Shown here: one piece after another, positions 27,992 through 32,000 of the stretch
How positions within the stretch are numbered: the stretch's first letter is position 1
Layout: every line of letters begins with the position of its first letter
DNA from: an uncultured bacterium
GTDB taxonomy: Bacteria > GCA-001730085
Direction of reading: 5' to 3'
Assembly: GCA_964565945.1 (NCBI GenBank)
Contig: CAZMGY010000026.1
Coordinates: 30,001 to 62,000 of the forward strand
Length of the DNA: 32,000 nt
The notes under the pieces: generated by a model
What the model was told of the DNA's origin: nothing
The model's database searches: none
The model's input: the letters and a program-made list of their open reading frames with translations, nothing else
Position numbers and translations under genes: made by a program

Positions 27992-28757
27992 TGCCGTATC
28001 GATTCAAATTTTTGGCGATACCGATCATGGCTGTGTGCGCGAGCAGAACGAAGATGCCTTTTTTATTCATGGAAGCTTGCCTCTGGCCTGCGTGTGTGAT
28101 GGAATGGGAGGGCACAATGGCGGAGCCGAAGCCAGTGCCATTGTGGTTGACGTATTTAAAACATATGATATACTTGAATCGTCTTGGAAAGACGATTTTG
28201 GTTCTTATCAAACCAATGTTGCCATGTGTCAAGACGAGAATAATCTTGTTAATTTGGCTCACTGGGCAAACGAACAGGTGCATGAACGGAGTTTTCAGGA
28301 TGCTGCGCTTACTGGTATGGGCTCAACTTTGGTCGCTCTTTATGTGCGACGGAATAAGGATGTGTGTGTGATAAATGTTGGAGATAGTCGAGCTTATTAC
28401 ATTCAAGATAAAATCATTCGCCAGATGACCAATGATCATTCTCTGATTGAAGAACGAAGACAAAGTGGTCATATGAGTGAAGAATTGTTAGCCCAACAAG
28501 ACATTGATCATGTGATCACAAGGGCTATTGGTTCGCAGCCGACAGTGGAGGTTGATTTTTTTAAGGAGCCTATTCACAAAGATTATTACCTTTTATGTTC
28601 CGATGGATTGACATGTATGCTATCTAACAACGAAATTCATGAATGTGTGATGGACTCACGGGATGACGGTCATCAGGCTGTTAGGGAGTTAATACAGAGA
28701 GCTAAAGATCGCGGTGGCACAGATAATGTGACAGCAGTTCTCTTGAAAGTGCAATAA
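27978..28757 (+). CDS. PP2C-family Ser/Thr protein phosphatase
   Basis: DTDHGCVREQNEDAF, VCDGMGGHNGGAEAS, GMGSTLVAL, NVGDSRAY, TNDHSL, LLCSDGL and GGTDNVTAVLL. GGGAG RBS at 27965-27969. It overlaps the upstream gene by 14 nt. Confidence 0.9.
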   Translation: MLHPDAVSIQIFGDTDHGCVREQNEDAFFIHGSLPLACVCDGMGGHNGGAEASAIVVDVFKTYDILESSWKDDFGSYQTNVAMCQDENNLVNLAHWANEQVHERSFQDAALTGMGSTLVALYVRRNKDVCVINVGDSRAYYIQDKIIRQMTNDHSLIEERRQSGHMSEELLAQQDIDHVITRAIGSQPTVEVDFFKEPIHKDYYLLCSDGLTCMLSNNEIHECVMDSRDDGHQAVRELIQRAKDRGGTDNVTAVLLKVQ

Positions 28758-28777
28758 AGTAAGGAGTCAAAAAAAAC

Positions 28778-30100
28778 ATGAATATGTCTTTGCGACGAAA
28801 ATGGGTACTAATTATAGGTGTGATTCTTCTGATGGCTTGGAAAATTACCCCTATTGAAAAAGCTGTAAATCTTGGTCTGGACTTGCAAGGAGGTAGTTAT
28901 CTCACTCTTGAGGTTGATGATTCCAAATTAAGCGAAGAAGAAAAGCGGGACATTGTTGATGTTGCCCTCGAGATTATTCGCAATCGTATTGACGAATTTG
29001 GTGTTTCGGAGCCCGTAATTCAAAAAGGAAGTGGCAAACGAATTATTGTTCAGGTTCCTGGAGTTGGAACCGAAGCAGCCAAACGTATCAAAGATATTAT
29101 TATGCGTCAGGCTCATTTAGAGTTTCGTATGGTGGTTGATAAGGAGAAGAAACGTAAGCGCGCCCTTGAAGGCACGCTGTCACCAGCTGATCAACGCGAT
29201 TTTGAGCTTTTACCGATGGCCGATGGTTCGGGAGAGGCTCTTTTATTGGAAAGAACAGCCTATGTGACTGGGGATATGTTGACCGATGCTACTGTCGCCT
29301 TTGATCAAAGTGGTTTTGGTGGTGTGTCTGTGTCGTTGAACTTTAACAAAAAAGGCGCCCGTCGTTTTGAAAAATTAACTAGTGAGAATGTCAATCGTCG
29401 TTTGGCGATTGTGCTGGATAATAAAATTCAATCAGCGCCAGTGATTCAGCAAAAAATTGGTGGAGGACGTGCCCAAATCACAGGAAGCTTTAATGTGGAT
29501 GAAGCCAAGGATTTGGCGATCGCCTTGCGTGCGGGTGCTTTGCCTGCGCCGATCAACGTATTGCAAGAAAGCACTGTTGGGCCATCGTTAGGAGCGGATT
29601 CGATTCGCAAAGGTGTCAAATCAGCTTTGTGGGGCTTTTTATTGGTGATTGTGTTTATGCTCATCTACTATCAAGTGGCTGGCCTGATTGCCAATGTGGC
29701 TTTATGTTTGAACCTTTTGTTGGTGGTCGGTGCGTTGTCTTTTTTTGATGCGACTCTAACGCTACCGGGTATTGCGGGTATTATTTTGACGATTGGTATG
29801 GCGGTGGATGCCAATGTTTTGATTTTCGAGCGCATTCGCGAGGAGCTACGTCAATCGAAAACAATCAAAGCTGCACTTAATTTTGGTTTCGATAAAGCCT
29901 TTGTAACAATCATGGATGCCAATCTAACGACCTTGATCACAGCTTTAATCCTATTTAAATTTGGAACAGGTCCCATTCGTGGTTTTGCGGTGACACTCTC
30001 GGTGGGAATCTTGTCGAGTATGTTTACATCCCTGTTTGTGTCGCGGGCTATTTTCGAATTGGTGTATCGTAAAAAAAGTATTAAAACTTTAAGCATTTAA
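28778..30100 (+). CDS. secD: Protein translocase subunit SecD
   Basis: AAGGAG RBS upstream. N-terminal TM helix, LGLDLQGGSYLTLEV, IRNRIDEFGVSEPVIQ and LEFR. C-terminal 6-TM block LPGIAGIILTIGMAVDANVLIFERIREE. Confidence 0.92.
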   Translation: MNMSLRRKWVLIIGVILLMAWKITPIEKAVNLGLDLQGGSYLTLEVDDSKLSEEEKRDIVDVALEIIRNRIDEFGVSEPVIQKGSGKRIIVQVPGVGTEAAKRIKDIIMRQAHLEFRMVVDKEKKRKRALEGTLSPADQRDFELLPMADGSGEALLLERTAYVTGDMLTDATVAFDQSGFGGVSVSLNFNKKGARRFEKLTSENVNRRLAIVLDNKIQSAPVIQQKIGGGRAQITGSFNVDEAKDLAIALRAGALPAPINVLQESTVGPSLGADSIRKGVKSALWGFLLVIVFMLIYYQVAGLIANVALCLNLLLVVGALSFFDATLTLPGIAGIILTIGMAVDANVLIFERIREELRQSKTIKAALNFGFDKAFVTIMDANLTTLITALILFKFGTGPIRGFAVTLSVGILSSMFTSLFVSRAIFELVYRKKSIKTLSI

Positions 30101-30128
30101 TGATTGATCAGGGATTGGAGATTTGGGT

Positions 30129-31013
30129 ATGAAGCTGGTGAGTGAAAACGTTAACATAAATTTTGTAAGCAAAATGAAAGTGGGAATTGTGCTGTCGGGC
30201 ATTATTTTAGCGATTGGGATGCTGGTCTTTATTTCTCGAGGTGAGCGCAATTTTGGTATCGACTTCACTGGGGGTATGATGCAACAGGTTCATTTTAATA
30301 AACCCACCTCGGCAGATCAGTTGAGAACAGCCTTTAATCGTTTGAATTACGACGATGTGTCGTTGCAAGAAGTGCATGAGGGAGATAAATCTATTTTTAT
30401 TGTTCGCTCTTCGGTGGAACACGGCAAAGATGTGAGAACATCGATGGAAAGGTTGCATGGAGTTGATCAGATGGAGGTGATGCGCGAAGAAATGGTGGGA
30501 CCCGCCGTTGGAAAAGATTTGCGTCGGCAAGGCTTTTTGGCCATTCTTTTTGCTTTGCTGGGTATTTTGATTTATGTGTCGTTTCGTTTTGAGTTCAAGT
30601 ATGCGGTGGGTGCAATTGGGGCACTTTTTCACGATATTGTGATCACGGTGGGCGTTTTGTCTTTGTGCCAAGTTGAAGTATCCTTGCAGATTTTGGCCGC
30701 CTTGCTAACCATTGTGGGTTATTCTCTTAACGATACAATTGTGGTGTTTGATCGTATTCGGGAGACACTCAAACTGAATCGAAAAAAAGAAAGTTTTGAA
30801 AATGTGATTAATCAAAGTATCAATCAGACGCTTAGCCGTACTTTGCTCACATCGATCACAACCTTCATTGTGGTTTTTATGCTGTTTCTTTTTGGAGGCG
30901 AAGTGATTCGTGACTTTGCTTTGGCCTTGATGATTGGCGTGATTGTGGGAACTTATTCTTCGGTGTTTGTGGCCACTTCTAGTTTGCGTTACTGGGAACC
31001 TGCAACTAATTGA
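30129..31013 (+). CDS. secF: Protein translocase subunit SecF
   Basis: FGIDFTGG, VGPAVGKDL and GYSLNDTIVVFDRIRE. ATG 30129 lies 8 nt after GGAG 30117-30120 and is preferred over the track's TTG 30123. Confidence 0.92.
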   Translation: MKLVSENVNINFVSKMKVGIVLSGIILAIGMLVFISRGERNFGIDFTGGMMQQVHFNKPTSADQLRTAFNRLNYDDVSLQEVHEGDKSIFIVRSSVEHGKDVRTSMERLHGVDQMEVMREEMVGPAVGKDLRRQGFLAILFALLGILIYVSFRFEFKYAVGAIGALFHDIVITVGVLSLCQVEVSLQILAALLTIVGYSLNDTIVVFDRIRETLKLNRKKESFENVINQSINQTLSRTLLTSITTFIVVFMLFLFGGEVIRDFALALMIGVIVGTYSSVFVATSSLRYWEPATN

Positions 31014-32000
31014 GCTTAGTCACAGCGCGGATTCACGATGTTCGGTGGCTTTGGCCCCTGCTTAGCGAGCATGATCGATGTTTGATCGAAAAGCTGAGTC
31101 AGTCCTTGAATTGTTCTCAAACTGTTGCCTCGTTACTTTGGCAACGGGGGCATCGTAGCGAGGCTCAAGCGCTAAGTTTTTTAAATCCTCAAAGCTCAGC
31201 CTTGCATGATCCGTATCTTTTGGCTGATATGCAGCAGGCGGTGGCGCGTATCCGTGTAGCCTTGGTTAAGCAAGAAGGTATTTTGATTCATGGAGATTAC
31301 GATGTCGATGGTGTGACCTCGGCGTCTTTGTTATACCTGGGTCTTAAAGCCTTAGGTTTTCAAAATCTTGACTTTTTTTTGCCAAACCGCTTAGTTGATG
31401 GTTATGGAGTGAGTGAGGTTGCTTTAAACAAAGCGAAAAATGAAGGTTACAGTTTAGTTATCACCTCCGATTGTGGAATTACGGCGATTGAAACCGTCGA
31501 GAAAGCCAATCAATTGGGGCTAGACGTGATTGTGACCGATCACCATGAGCCCAAAGAAAGCTTGCCTCCTGCGCTGGCTGTGATTAATCCAAAACGTAAG
31601 GACTGTCTGTATCCATTCAAAGAATTAGCAGGGGTCGGTGTAGCCTTTAAATTGCTGCAAGCTTTAGGCGTGAGCGATGATTTTTGGGATTTGGTGGCTT
31701 TAGGAACGGTGGCCGATGTGGTGCCTTTGCTTGATGAAAACCGTATTTTTGTGCATCAAGGGCTTTCTAAGTTAGCCCAAACGTCTAAGGTTGGTTTGCA
31801 GGCCTTGCTTGATGTCTGTGGTCTTAAAGATAAAGAAATTAGCAGTGGGCACATTGCTTTTCAAATGGCGCCGCGCATCAATGCGATTGGTCGCTTAGGT
31901 GATCCCTCGGATGGTTTGCGTATGCTAATTAGGCAGGATGAATCGTTTGCCTACAGTGTTGCTCAAAAGCTGGATGATGATAATCAGGAACGTAAAGTAA
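31010..32000 (+). CDS. recJ: Single-stranded-DNA-specific exonuclease RecJ, N-terminal part (3' end outside the window)
   Basis: Read manually, since it has no stop in the window and so is not in the ORF track. Sequence: ...VRWLWPLL...LLWQRGHRSEAQALSFLNP...LHDPYLLADMQQAV...ILIHGDYDVDGVTSASLL...ITSDCGI...VIVTDHHEP (DHH motifs). The in-frame stop at 31007-31009 limits the start. TTG 31010 is the only classical in-frame start upstream of the conserved N-terminus, so the start is uncertain. Confidence 0.85.
   Translation, partial: MSLVTARIHDVRWLWPLLSEHDRCLIEKLSQSLNCSQTVASLLWQRGHRSEAQALSFLNPQSSALHDPYLLADMQQAVARIRVALVKQEGILIHGDYDVDGVTSASLLYLGLKALGFQNLDFFLPNRLVDGYGVSEVALNKAKNEGYSLVITSDCGITAIETVEKANQLGLDVIVTDHHEPKESLPPALAVINPKRKDCLYPFKELAGVGVAFKLLQALGVSDDFWDLVALGTVADVVPLLDENRIFVHQGLSKLAQTSKVGLQALLDVCGLKDKEISSGHIAFQMAPRINAIGRLGDPSDGLRMLIRQDESFAYSVAQKLDDDNQERKV

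Overview
This is a gene-dense 32-kb stretch of bacterial chromosome with every supportable gene on the + strand. It looks moderately AT-rich by eye, and I cannot assign a taxon from the sequence alone. The gene order is as follows. (1) The 3' end of a PfkB-family sugar kinase. (2) smc, joined by a 3-nt gap to a HelZ/YwqA-type SNF2 ATPase, followed by a 72-codon ORF that overlaps it by ATGA. (3) ychJ, a SEC-C motif protein. (4) uvrA, an 849-aa form that appears to lack the insertion domain. (5) A 789-aa orphan protein with an N-terminal signal or anchor sequence. (6) gltB-gltD-carA-carB. (7) A tightly coupled four-gene module: ABC ATPase, fused GldF-like permease/GldG-like protein, DUF4340-like protein and PP2C phosphatase. 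(8) secD, secF, and the 5' two-thirds of recJ. I see no rRNA, tRNA, CRISPR array, transposase, integrase or obvious defence island, and intergenic space is very limited. The window is mostly core housekeeping, and nothing in it amounts to a clearly novel multi-gene system. The points most worth a second look are the orphan gene with its T9 tract and 21-bp tandem duplication, the truncated UvrA architecture, the smc-SNF2 coupling without a SWIM partner, and the PP2C-terminated GldFG-like ABC module. All domain calls rest on motifs read by eye from the translations. No database search or computation was run.
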